The notes beneath the pieces are model-generated. The model saw only the letters and a program-made list of their open reading frames with translations, had not been told where the DNA came from and ran no database searches. DNA of 64,000 nucleotides from positions 62,001 to 126,000 of IMG/VR virus record IMGVR_UViG_3300036770_007539; one strand, written 5' to 3'. Positions 1-8,213 of the stretch are shown in pieces. The position numbers were made by a program, and so were the translations under genes. How positions within the stretch are numbered: position 1 is the first letter of the stretch; each line of letters starts with the position of its first letter.

Positions 1-1
1 T

Positions 2-259
2 AAAAGTAAAAATGTCAAACAAAACAATGTTGTTTTAGCTCTGGTAAAAATATACGATTCAAAAGGCTTAGACGCCGGGACAGTTGTCGCAGAGAACAGA
101 ACAGATCAAAACGGAAGATGGAAAGTTGATTTATCTCCAGGTCAGTATCATGTTCACATTACAAAGCCAGCTTCTACTCAAAAGCCCCAAATAGATCATT
201 ATTTTCCCATCTCAGTAGATGGAGAAAAATCTTCTTTAGACTTAGAACCTATTGGATGA
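2..259 (+). CDS. 5'-truncated ORF with a carboxypeptidase-regulatory/prealbumin-like beta-sandwich motif
   Basis: Frame 2 is open from the window edge to TGA 257-259 (not in ORF track); contains RTDQNGRWKVDLSPGQYHV, a T-D-x-N-G...L-x-P-G-x-Y pattern. Confidence 0.55.
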   Translation, partial: KSKNVKQNNVVLALVKIYDSKGLDAGTVVAENRTDQNGRWKVDLSPGQYHVHITKPASTQKPQIDHYFPISVDGEKSSLDLEPIG

Positions 260-268
260 TTGGACATT

Positions 269-631
269 ATGAAGAAGAATACAAAATGGAAATCTTCTAA
301 AGAAGTTTTAAATAAAAAAAAAGCTCTAAATAAACTCTTAGATGATAAGAAAAAAATAGAATTAGAAATTAAAAAAACATCTTCAACATTAGAAGAGATT
401 GAAAATAAAAAATTCTCAGAAGATGCAATGAATAAATTACCAATAGAGTCATTGCAAGACTTGTATCATAAAAATGAATCGCCAACTGAGGTCATTGAGA
501 ATCATTCTAAAGAAAGAAAAAAACAATTAAAGTTTTTTGATGAAATCTCAAGCTTAGAGCATGAAATTTATCAAGCAAAAATTGATTTAACTATTGAAAA
601 AATTAATAATTTACTAGAAAAAATAAATTAA
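269..631 (+). CDS. hypothetical coiled-coil protein
   Basis: ORF track 260..631; ATG at 269 preferred over TTG; K/E-rich heptads. Confidence 0.6.
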   Translation: MKKNTKWKSSKEVLNKKKALNKLLDDKKKIELEIKKTSSTLEEIENKKFSEDAMNKLPIESLQDLYHKNESPTEVIENHSKERKKQLKFFDEISSLEHEIYQAKIDLTIEKINNLLEKIN

Positions 632-635
632 AATT

Positions 636-1325
636 ATGAATAAATATAATATAATTTGTATTGATTGTCCCTGGAGCTTTTCTGATAAGCTAGAGATGTC
701 AGACGTAGCTCGCAGCTCTGAATCTCAATATCCAGTATTAAATATTGAAGAATTAAAAAAATTAAGAATTAATGACATAGCAGCAGAAGATGCTTTAATA
801 GTATCATGGACGCCATCTTCTTTATTACAAGAGGGGCTAGACTGCTTAAAAAGTTGGAATTTTAGACAGACCCAAATGGTCGTTTGGAATAAAACAAATA
901 AAGATCCTTTTAAAAGTATTAAAAATAAGTTGAAGAAAATAGATTTAAACGATAAATCTAATATTGATAAAATTTTTAATGATTTTAATTACAATGATTT
1001 AATGGGATTTGGGATGGGTAGGATGTGGAGGAATTGTCATGAAATTGCTCTAGTAGGCGTTAGAGGTAAAATTTATAAGCACTTAAAAAACAAATCTCAA
1101 AGAACTGTTCATTTTGGAATTAATGAAAAACATTCTAAGAAACCAGAACATATCCAAGATCAATTAGATTTAATGTTTCCAGATCCATCTCTAAAAAAGA
1201 TAGAGGTTTTTGCAAGAAGATTAAAAGAAGGTTGGACATGTATTGGAAATGAAGTATGCTCTGGCAAAGATATACGAGAATCTATAAATGAACTATTATT
1301 TGATAAGGTTTGCGATAGCATATGA
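636..1325 (+). CDS. MT-A70 family adenine methyltransferase
   Basis: IICIDCPW (DPPW variant), VWNK, HEIALVGVRG, HSKKPE and IEVFARR in MT-A70 order. Confidence 0.85.
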   Translation: MNKYNIICIDCPWSFSDKLEMSDVARSSESQYPVLNIEELKKLRINDIAAEDALIVSWTPSSLLQEGLDCLKSWNFRQTQMVVWNKTNKDPFKSIKNKLKKIDLNDKSNIDKIFNDFNYNDLMGFGMGRMWRNCHEIALVGVRGKIYKHLKNKSQRTVHFGINEKHSKKPEHIQDQLDLMFPDPSLKKIEVFARRLKEGWTCIGNEVCSGKDIRESINELLFDKVCDSI

Positions 1326-1822
1326 ATGCTTTGTTGTTAAGTTATTCATATGAGCCAATTTCTTTTATTTCCGAAAGAAAAGCATTAAAAATGCTTTGTT
1401 TGGGAAAAATTGAAATTTTATCTTCATGGGAAGATCAAACTATCATTTCTAATAACAAATTAAATTATCCATCAGTGGTTAGATTGGTTTATAAAAATAG
1501 ATGGATGCCAAAAATTGCAAAATTTAATAGAAAAGCAATCTTAAAAAGAGATTATTATATTTGTCAATATTGTGGATATGCAGGGACTTCAGCTCAATTA
1601 AGCATAGATCACATTGTTCCACGTTCTTGTGGAGGTCCCAACTCTTTTGATAATTGTGTAACTTCTTGTCACCCGTGTAATTCAAGAAAAAAAAATAGAA
1701 CACCAGAGCAAGCAGGAATGAAATTATTAAATAAGCCAGAGGCTCCTAAACGTTTTATTGTAAACGAATATAGGAGCCTCTCTATTGTGCATCCAGATTG
1801 GAAATTTTATTTAGGAGCCTAA
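1322..1822 (+). CDS. HNH endonuclease (McrA-like)
   Basis: RD-x3-CQYCG, IDHIVPRSCGG, NCVTSCHPCNSRK; ATGA overlap with the methylase stop. Confidence 0.9.
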   Translation: MNALLLSYSYEPISFISERKALKMLCLGKIEILSSWEDQTIISNNKLNYPSVVRLVYKNRWMPKIAKFNRKAILKRDYYICQYCGYAGTSAQLSIDHIVPRSCGGPNSFDNCVTSCHPCNSRKKNRTPEQAGMKLLNKPEAPKRFIVNEYRSLSIVHPDWKFYLGA

Positions 1823-2547
1823 ATTTCAGATGGCTTCCACCTATATCCTGAAGGCGCAGATGGATAGCCTTCTACCCATTCAGGACCGCCCGATTCACCA
1901 GCGTCAGTAGCAGATTCTCCAGCCCCCGTGTTTCCAGTTCCTGTTAAACTTTCCACCCTTTGTACTTTTTCAGATAGCGATTGTTCTTTCCGGAAATCAT
2001 CGGAAGGACCAACTGTATCTTCCTCCAAATTTACTGACTCAGTTTTATCGTTTGTTGTAGGCACTCTGCTTCTATATGCTTTAAGTTTTGCAGCCTCGTT
2101 TGCAGCATCTCTTGCTGCTGCCGATTCGCTCTGAGGACCCATATCCATTGGTACAACCTGACCCAAGGCTGCTGTAATAGCCTCTACATGTTTCATGTAG
2201 TTTTTGAAATTTGGAGAAGAATAAGCCATGATACTTAAATCATTTAATTGAGATTTAATACCTCTGCCTCTTGCATCTAATCTATCCTTCATTATAGTAG
2301 CACTCATTCCTTGAGTGAATAAAGTATTTGTAAATATAGCTAATGAATTTAGCAATGTATTGCATTTATTTCTGAACGCAATAATGTCGTCTGATCCGCC
2401 CGTCTCATCGGCAGGAGACACTGAGCTTTTTACTTTGCTACATAATTCTTTAGCTGCGTTATGCGCCAAGATTGCATATCTATAATTTGCTTTGGCGTTC
2501 ATTGCTAATTTGACTTGATAATAATTTGCGACTTTTAAAATACTCAT
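1819..2547 (-). CDS. hypothetical protein, possibly virion-associated
   Basis: Long minus-strand ORF; ATG at 2547 (MSILKVANYYQVKLA) preferred; A/S/G/E-rich tail. Confidence 0.65.
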   Translation of the reverse strand: MSILKVANYYQVKLAMNAKANYRYAILAHNAAKELCSKVKSSVSPADETGGSDDIIAFRNKCNTLLNSLAIFTNTLFTQGMSATIMKDRLDARGRGIKSQLNDLSIMAYSSPNFKNYMKHVEAITAALGQVVPMDMGPQSESAAARDAANEAAKLKAYRSRVPTTNDKTESVNLEEDTVGPSDDFRKEQSLSEKVQRVESLTGTGNTGAGESATDAGESGGPEWVEGYPSAPSGYRWKPSEI

Positions 2548-2620
2548 GTTCTTATGTTTATTAATGCATATGATTATAGAAAAAATATTATTTTTTTCAT
2601 CTAACATTTAAGGAATAATT

Positions 2621-3646
2621 ATGAACAGTGAAAAGATAGATAAGACAAAAATAATTTTAATAGCTTGCATCCTATTTTTATTAGGAATTTTAATTTTTTT
2701 GACGTGTTCCGTTAGAGAAATTAAACAATCCTTAAAAGAATCTCAAGAGAAACTTGCTACAAATACTATTCAAATGAAAGATCTTGAGGATTCTATTAAA
2801 CGTAGCCAATCTTCTTATGTTACTCAAGGATCTTTAGAAAAATCACTTTCAGAACTGGGAATGGACAAAGTAAAAGAAGATTTGGATTCTTTAGATGCTA
2901 AGTTGGTGGCAATAAATAAAATTTTGACAAAAACTCCAGGTCTTTACATTACAAACGTTCCAAGCACTGGAAGTAAGCCAAAACCTCCAAGCGAGCCTTT
3001 TATTCCCCCTCAATTACCATGTGTTTCTGGAACTTGCCCTAACCCAGATGTATATGGATACTTGAACAATGAAAAAATCCTATCTATTGATGAACCTTTT
3101 GAAAATATGGCTGTGCCTTTTGGTAAAACTTCATTTAAGGCATGGCAAGAAAAGCCTTGGACTTTACAGATATTTCCAAGGGGCTATCATGTAAGCAATG
3201 TATTAAGTCAAAATGAAGATGGTCAATATATTGTTCATAATAAGTTTGAAATTGAAGTAGAGGGTAAAAAATATCCAGTTAAAATTTCAGAGTCTACCAC
3301 CACTCAAGAGGTAAATGATTCTGAATTTTGGTTTAATCCTAAATTGTATTTAGGCATAGGGGCTGGCGTTACAGTCACGCCAGAATTAAGAGCAGAAGTA
3401 GTTCCGTCATTGAATGTTTCAATGTTTTCTTATGGACCTAATAAAAAAGAATCTACATTTAGTATGTTGGGTGTGGGAATTTCTGCTCATACTCAAAATT
3501 TAGCACCCGCTATATCGATTTCTCCAGTCAATTATAATGTCGGAGAAGTTTTGCCGTTGATAGATAATTTATTCATTGGACCGACAGTCGCTATAGATAC
3601 AAATGCAAATGTTTCAATCTCTGGTTCCGTCCAAGTCGGTCTTTAA
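2621..3646 (+). CDS. membrane-anchored protein (N-terminal TM, coiled coil, beta-rich C-terminus)
   Basis: IILIACILFLLGILIFLTC TM segment; AAGGA RBS; alternating hydrophobic strands at the C-terminus. Confidence 0.75.
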   Translation: MNSEKIDKTKIILIACILFLLGILIFLTCSVREIKQSLKESQEKLATNTIQMKDLEDSIKRSQSSYVTQGSLEKSLSELGMDKVKEDLDSLDAKLVAINKILTKTPGLYITNVPSTGSKPKPPSEPFIPPQLPCVSGTCPNPDVYGYLNNEKILSIDEPFENMAVPFGKTSFKAWQEKPWTLQIFPRGYHVSNVLSQNEDGQYIVHNKFEIEVEGKKYPVKISESTTTQEVNDSEFWFNPKLYLGIGAGVTVTPELRAEVVPSLNVSMFSYGPNKKESTFSMLGVGISAHTQNLAPAISISPVNYNVGEVLPLIDNLFIGPTVAIDTNANVSISGSVQVGL

Positions 3647-3698
3647 TTTCAATCAATGAAATTGCATATTAATGTAAGCTTTCCTCTAAGGAGTTACT

Positions 3699-3827
3699 AT
3701 GAATCAATCAGATCAATTTCAACATCTCTACTTAGAAGAATATTGCGTAAATTATAGAAAAGAGAAAGAAGAACTTAATGAAGAGAAAAGAGTCGAAGTC
3801 ATCCAGGTCTTCGGTCAAGAAGAATAA
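3699..3827 (+). CDS. small 42-aa hypothetical protein
   Basis: AAGGAG RBS ~5 nt upstream of ATG 3699; MNQSDQFQHLYLEEY...FGQEE; not in ORF track. Confidence 0.5.
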   Translation: MNQSDQFQHLYLEEYCVNYRKEKEELNEEKRVEVIQVFGQEE

Positions 3828-4128
3828 ATCCAATGCTTCGCCCAATAGATTTCTGTTAAAGAAAGGCAAGGATTTATTTATTATTAATAAATTCATGTTA
3901 GATTCCTTGCCTTTTCAAGAAGTTTTAATTATGGCAGAACATACATATGAAGAAGTAAAAAAACAATTATACTTAGATGCAATCTCTGGAGATCATTTCA
4001 TTCAAGAAATGAAAGTTGTCGAGGCTTTACATCAAGGGCTGATGGAGCTATACTCTAGGCACCCGATCTTGGAAAATTACGTACAAGATCAAAGCAAATT
4101 CAAATCAATTAAAGAAAATTTAGCATAG
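3778..4128 (+). CDS. hypothetical protein (start uncertain)
   Basis: ORF track; 5' end overlaps the small upstream ORF. Confidence 0.55.
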   Translation: MKRKESKSSRSSVKKNKSNASPNRFLLKKGKDLFIINKFMLDSLPFQEVLIMAEHTYEEVKKQLYLDAISGDHFIQEMKVVEALHQGLMELYSRHPILENYVQDQSKFKSIKENLA

Positions 4129-4146
4129 GAGTTAATTTTAAATTAT

Positions 4147-4689
4147 ATGAAAAATACTTTGGAGCGGGATCGTGAGCGTTGGTTCGTTAATTCGGCTATT
4201 CGAGTGCCAAAAGTCATTTGTATCAATTCAGATGACAAGAACTTAGGCGCTCTCATCACTAGGGATGCTTTGAAGCTTGCTCAAGAGCAAGGCTTGGATT
4301 TAGTTCAACTGAGCCCGCCATCAAAAGATAAGCCGCCCACTTGTAAAATTATGGACTTTAGCAAGTTTAAATATGAAACTTCTAAAAAGAAAAAAGAAGC
4401 TGATAAAAAGCAGCGAGAATCCATTGTCAAAGTTAAAGAAATTAAATTCAAACCAACTACAGGCGCTCACGATTTAGAGATTAAAGCTAAGCAGGCAGAA
4501 AAATTTCTTCAAGAAAACATCAAGGTTAAGATTGCTATTCTATTTGTTGGTCGAGCAATCACTCATCAAGAACTTGGCACTCAAACTCTTGAGCAATTTT
4601 TAAGCTTTCTTCCAGAAAATTCATTTAAAATTGATGGAAATATTTCTTGGGAAGGAAAAGAACTTACATTGATAATTATGAAGCCATGA
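4147..4689 (+). CDS. infC: translation initiation factor IF-3
   Basis: NSAIRVPKV, GLDLVQLS, PPTCKIMDFSKFKYE, VKEIKFKP, KVKIAILFVGRA. Confidence 0.95.
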   Translation: MKNTLERDRERWFVNSAIRVPKVICINSDDKNLGALITRDALKLAQEQGLDLVQLSPPSKDKPPTCKIMDFSKFKYETSKKKKEADKKQRESIVKVKEIKFKPTTGAHDLEIKAKQAEKFLQENIKVKIAILFVGRAITHQELGTQTLEQFLSFLPENSFKIDGNISWEGKELTLIIMKP

Positions 4690-5135
4690 TTCTTACAGAT
4701 GAAGAAACGGTAAGATCTTTAGGTCTTGCGGCTGAAGAAGTTTATAAGAATGAAATTGAAGATCTAAAAAGTATCTTAGAAAAAGAACTTCTTCTCTCTG
4801 AGAAGAGTGGAGTACCAGGAATAGGATTAGCATGCCCTCAAATTGGAATTCCTAAAAAAATGGCTATAATTAGAATGCCTGGAAAGACTTTTTTTTATGC
4901 AGATTTAGTCAATCCAGTTATTGAAGAGAAATATGATTTAAGTATATTTGATGGGGAGGGGTGCTTATCTTTTCCTGGTCTTTCTGGAAGAACTCAAAGA
5001 TACCAAGAAATAAAAGTAAAAAATTTACTAGGATTTCCTAAAAAATTTATTGCAACTGGATTGCCAGCAGTATGCATTCAACATGAAATAGATCATTTGC
5101 ACGGAATAGTACTGCCCGATTTAATTAAAGGATAA
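4686..5135 (+). CDS. def: peptide deformylase
   Basis: All three PDF motifs: GIGLACPQIG, EGCLS, QHEIDHLHG; ATGA overlap with infC stop. Confidence 0.95.
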   Translation: MILTDEETVRSLGLAAEEVYKNEIEDLKSILEKELLLSEKSGVPGIGLACPQIGIPKKMAIIRMPGKTFFYADLVNPVIEEKYDLSIFDGEGCLSFPGLSGRTQRYQEIKVKNLLGFPKKFIATGLPAVCIQHEIDHLHGIVLPDLIKG

Positions 5136-5136
5136 T

Positions 5137-5313
5137 ATGCAGAATAATAATGATAATTTACTTTTATTTAAAAATTTATTAATTGAAATGGCTGTGCGAG
5201 TAGCTACTTTAGAAAAAGTCTTATTAGATAAGGACCTCATCTCATTAGATGACTTATCATCTGCAGACGAAAAACTAAATAAAGAAATAACCAACATTAT
5301 TAATGAAAAATAA
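5137..5313 (+). CDS. small 58-aa hypothetical protein
   Basis: ATG 5137 to TAA 5313 fills the gap (MQNNNDNLLLFKNLLIEMAVRVATLEKVLLDK...); not in ORF track. Confidence 0.6.
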   Translation: MQNNNDNLLLFKNLLIEMAVRVATLEKVLLDKDLISLDDLSSADEKLNKEITNIINEK

Positions 5314-5569
5314 TATTACTTTAATATGTGAAAATTTAAAAAATAAAAAAATAAAAAATAAATTTTTTTCTTTAAAAAAAGAATTTTCTGAGATTGATTT
5401 TAAGATAATATCATATCATGAAGATGATTCTTTTGATCAAGATATTAAATTTCTTCCTTCCTGGGTTATAAGTATTAATAATACCACAGATATAGTGGAG
5501 GGTGATGTTTTAATATCTCCGCTAAGATCTTTAATAAAGAAAAAATTAAGAAAGGAAAGTTATGACTAA
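5303..5569 (+). CDS. hypothetical protein, weak thioredoxin-like pattern without CxxC
   Basis: DIKFLPSWVI resembles the cis-Pro strand of thioredoxin folds. Confidence 0.5.
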   Translation: MKNNITLICENLKNKKIKNKFFSLKKEFSEIDFKIISYHEDDSFDQDIKFLPSWVISINNTTDIVEGDVLISPLRSLIKKKLRKESYD

Positions 5570-5903
5570 GAAAAATGATACAACTACTGTTCAGGCAACG
5601 ACTTCCGAGTCAACCAAATCAGCGGCTTCGGAGGCTGATTTGCTTTGGGAGCAGATTAAAAAGACCCCAATTTCTTTATTTGGTATGGCTCCAAATTCAT
5701 TGGAGTCATTAGTAACTCGTGTTAATATCGCCCCTGACAAATTGCATTTAAGCGTTAAAGGTCCAGGTGCATCTGTATCTTTCATTGAAGACGCACTTAA
5801 TGTGCGCAGAGACAGTATGGGGTCAGAAGTTAGAGTTAATGGATTTGAAGTTGAATCCACCAATAACGGAATGCTAGTAATTAGCAAAGCATCATTTAAA
5901 TGA
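5562..5903 (+). CDS. hypothetical protein
   Basis: ORF with AAGGA RBS, in operon. Confidence 0.7.
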   Translation: MTKKNDTTTVQATTSESTKSAASEADLLWEQIKKTPISLFGMAPNSLESLVTRVNIAPDKLHLSVKGPGASVSFIEDALNVRRDSMGSEVRVNGFEVESTNNGMLVISKASFK

Positions 5904-5915
5904 TTTGAGCAGCCC

Positions 5916-6317
5916 ATGATTTTGAATGTAAAAATTCATATTATTATGGGCTGTTACGGATTAAAAGATGACGACTTTGTGTGTTGTCCTGGCATAGATA
6001 ATAAGATTTATTCTTTTGATAAGAAGTCTTATTTTTATAAAGAAATTATGGATTATTTAGATAATTGTAAATTATTTGAAAAGCCAATTTATGATTACAA
6101 TGCTACAAGAAATTTTCTATCAAGGTTTAAGCAAAAGTTTGAAAATCCGATCTCTCCTATTTGGGTAGAGAGAAAATATAATATTTACCAAAAGTTTGCA
6201 ATTGATCATAAAAATTGTGGGCTTTTTTTAAAGCTTTCAACTGAAAAAATAGAAACATCCGATTCGAAATTAGAATCAGAAAACCGATCAAATATTTTAA
6301 AATTAATCCAAAAATAG
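5916..6317 (+). CDS. hypothetical protein
   Basis: ORF track; in operon. Confidence 0.65.
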   Translation: MILNVKIHIIMGCYGLKDDDFVCCPGIDNKIYSFDKKSYFYKEIMDYLDNCKLFEKPIYDYNATRNFLSRFKQKFENPISPIWVERKYNIYQKFAIDHKNCGLFLKLSTEKIETSDSKLESENRSNILKLIQK

Positions 6318-6326
6318 GAGGTTCTT

Positions 6327-6722
6327 GTGGCAAGAAAAAAACATCACGAAACAAAATTAAATGATGGCATTGAATACCTTGATGATTCAAATGAGATGGA
6401 ATCAAGCTCATCTCAGGTTGATGAATTCGATGAATTCGATGAATTCGATTATCTAATAGTTAGAGAATCTTTCTGTATGGCTTGTGATACTCCTTTAAAA
6501 TCTTATCACTCTTTGATTTGTCATGACTGCTTAAGTGATGGGGCAGAATTATTTCATAATTTAATTAATAAAAATATTAAAAATAGTATTTTTATCGACC
6601 CAAATTTTGTAATGGATATCTCAGAAGATATAATTGAAGAGGAAATACATGAGGATGAAGATGAGGATGAGGATGAAGATGAGGATGAGGATGAAATTGA
6701 ACCGGAGGATGAAAAAAAATGA
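6327..6722 (+). CDS. acidic protein with CxxC...CxxC zinc ribbon
   Basis: GTG start with AGGAG RBS; CMACD...CHDC; poly-ED tail. Confidence 0.7.
   Translation: MARKKHHETKLNDGIEYLDDSNEMESSSSQVDEFDEFDEFDYLIVRESFCMACDTPLKSYHSLICHDCLSDGAELFHNLINKNIKNSIFIDPNFVMDISEDIIEEEIHEDEDEDEDEDEDEDEIEPEDEKK
6420..6449 (+). repeat. (GATGAATTC)x3 tandem repeat encoding DEF x3
   Basis: Read directly. Confidence 0.9.
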
Positions 6723-6982
6723 CCAACAGCGCAAATAGAGACATTCTATCTTTAATAGATAAAATTTCTTTTTCTACCGAAGACAAGCTTAATCTTTATC
6801 ATAATATTAAAGATATTTTATCGATTGAGGCATCTGTAGATCAAAAATCTTTAATATTAGTTGAAAAAATTCAAGATTTTTTTCATTCTAAGATTGAAGA
6901 GCTTAAAGAGATAGAGGAATTAAAATTGGAAGGTCAATTTAATTCAAATTCTACAAAACCATCTTTTAAAAGGATTGTATGA
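6719..6982 (+). CDS. hypothetical protein
   Basis: ATGA-coupled ORF. Confidence 0.65.
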   Translation: MTNSANRDILSLIDKISFSTEDKLNLYHNIKDILSIEASVDQKSLILVEKIQDFFHSKIEELKEIEELKLEGQFNSNSTKPSFKRIV

Positions 6983-7419
6983 GAACAGCATTTGAAGATC
7001 CAGATTCTGAAAAAAACGAACCCGAAACAAAAAGCGGTCTAAAAATTAATAATTCAAAATCAAAATTTCAAGTAAAAAACGATCAGAAAAAAGATTTTGA
7101 TCAAAAAGTTAAAGAGCTAGTCTCTGAAAAATCAGAGAGAAATAAAAAAGCTTTAGAACTAGGTCAGAAATTCTTATCAGCTTTAAATGATAAGACATTA
7201 TCATCCAATAAATCTTTAATTCAAAAAGATCTTGAAAAGCAAATATGCAATGACTTATTTTTGCTTGCGACCGCCGTTAACAATGATCCTACAGAATCAG
7301 AAGGCGGCGGCTCTCTTGTATTAGATACTTTATTTTTTAAATCTCTTTTAATGATGAGAGATAGGCTAAATGAATTGGAATATTCATTTAAAAGTTTAAA
7401 CGAAAAATTAAAAGAGTAA
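6979..7419 (+). CDS. hypothetical protein
   Basis: ATGA-coupled ORF. Confidence 0.7.
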   Translation: MRTAFEDPDSEKNEPETKSGLKINNSKSKFQVKNDQKKDFDQKVKELVSEKSERNKKALELGQKFLSALNDKTLSSNKSLIQKDLEKQICNDLFLLATAVNNDPTESEGGGSLVLDTLFFKSLLMMRDRLNELEYSFKSLNEKLKE

Positions 7420-7422
7420 AGT

Positions 7423-7593
7423 ATGAATCTTACTAAATCTGATATTATAAATAAAATATCAGAAGAAAAATTACAATATTCAGATTATCTTAGATTATGC
7501 AAGAATTATCAGATAGATCCAGATCCGAAAGCCATAGCATATCATCAGGGTATGATTCAGGCTTTGAATCAGATTTTGATGTCTCTGGAATAG
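7423..7593 (+). CDS. small 56-aa hypothetical protein
   Basis: ATG 7423 to TAG 7593 (MNLTKSDIINKISEEKLQYSDYLRLCKNYQIDPDP...); not in ORF track. Confidence 0.55.
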   Translation: MNLTKSDIINKISEEKLQYSDYLRLCKNYQIDPDPKAIAYHQGMIQALNQILMSLE

Positions 7594-8186
7594 ATGATTT
7601 TTCTTATTTAAGACTATACTTAGAGTCTTCGAAAGAAGATTATAAAATAATTAATTATGTAAATTCGAAATCAGATTTAGTTAAGACTGCTAAGCAAAAT
7701 GGAGTTTTGCTGCAACCCACTAATAAAAATGACTGGGCATATAAAGCTAATTGTCCATTTCCAGATCATCGTGACTCCAGCCCATCTTTTAACATTAATA
7801 TTCAAACAAATACTTTCCATTGTTTTGGGTGCTCTAGAAAAGGCGGCACTTGCCAGTTTCTAGCTTGTCTGCATAAAAAACAAACAATTGAAATTGCAAA
7901 AGATTTACTTGCCAATAAGCAAGTTAAAATTGATGAGCTTGTCAAAGAAGCGCAGCAGTCGTATAATGATATTATCTCTCCTTACCTAGAGAGTTTTTCA
8001 GAGATTCATTTTAATTTTTTAAAAGATAATTCTTTCTCAGAAGAGGCTTTTGAATACGCTTCTAATGTTGCCCCTGTATTTGAACTATATGTAAAAAACA
8101 TATTGAAAAATAGCAACCTAGATATAGACTCTTTGAATCTAAGATTGGATTTCTGTAAGAGAAAATTTGAAGAATTTAATTTTTAA
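7497..8186 (+). CDS. CHC2 zinc-finger protein (primase Zn-binding domain without TOPRIM)
   Basis: CPFPDHRDSSPSF...FHCFGC. Confidence 0.85.
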   Translation: MQELSDRSRSESHSISSGYDSGFESDFDVSGIDDFSYLRLYLESSKEDYKIINYVNSKSDLVKTAKQNGVLLQPTNKNDWAYKANCPFPDHRDSSPSFNINIQTNTFHCFGCSRKGGTCQFLACLHKKQTIEIAKDLLANKQVKIDELVKEAQQSYNDIISPYLESFSEIHFNFLKDNSFSEEAFEYASNVAPVFELYVKNILKNSNLDIDSLNLRLDFCKRKFEEFNF

Positions 8187-8213
8187 ATTAATTATTTGCT
8201 ACTGGAGGATCAT

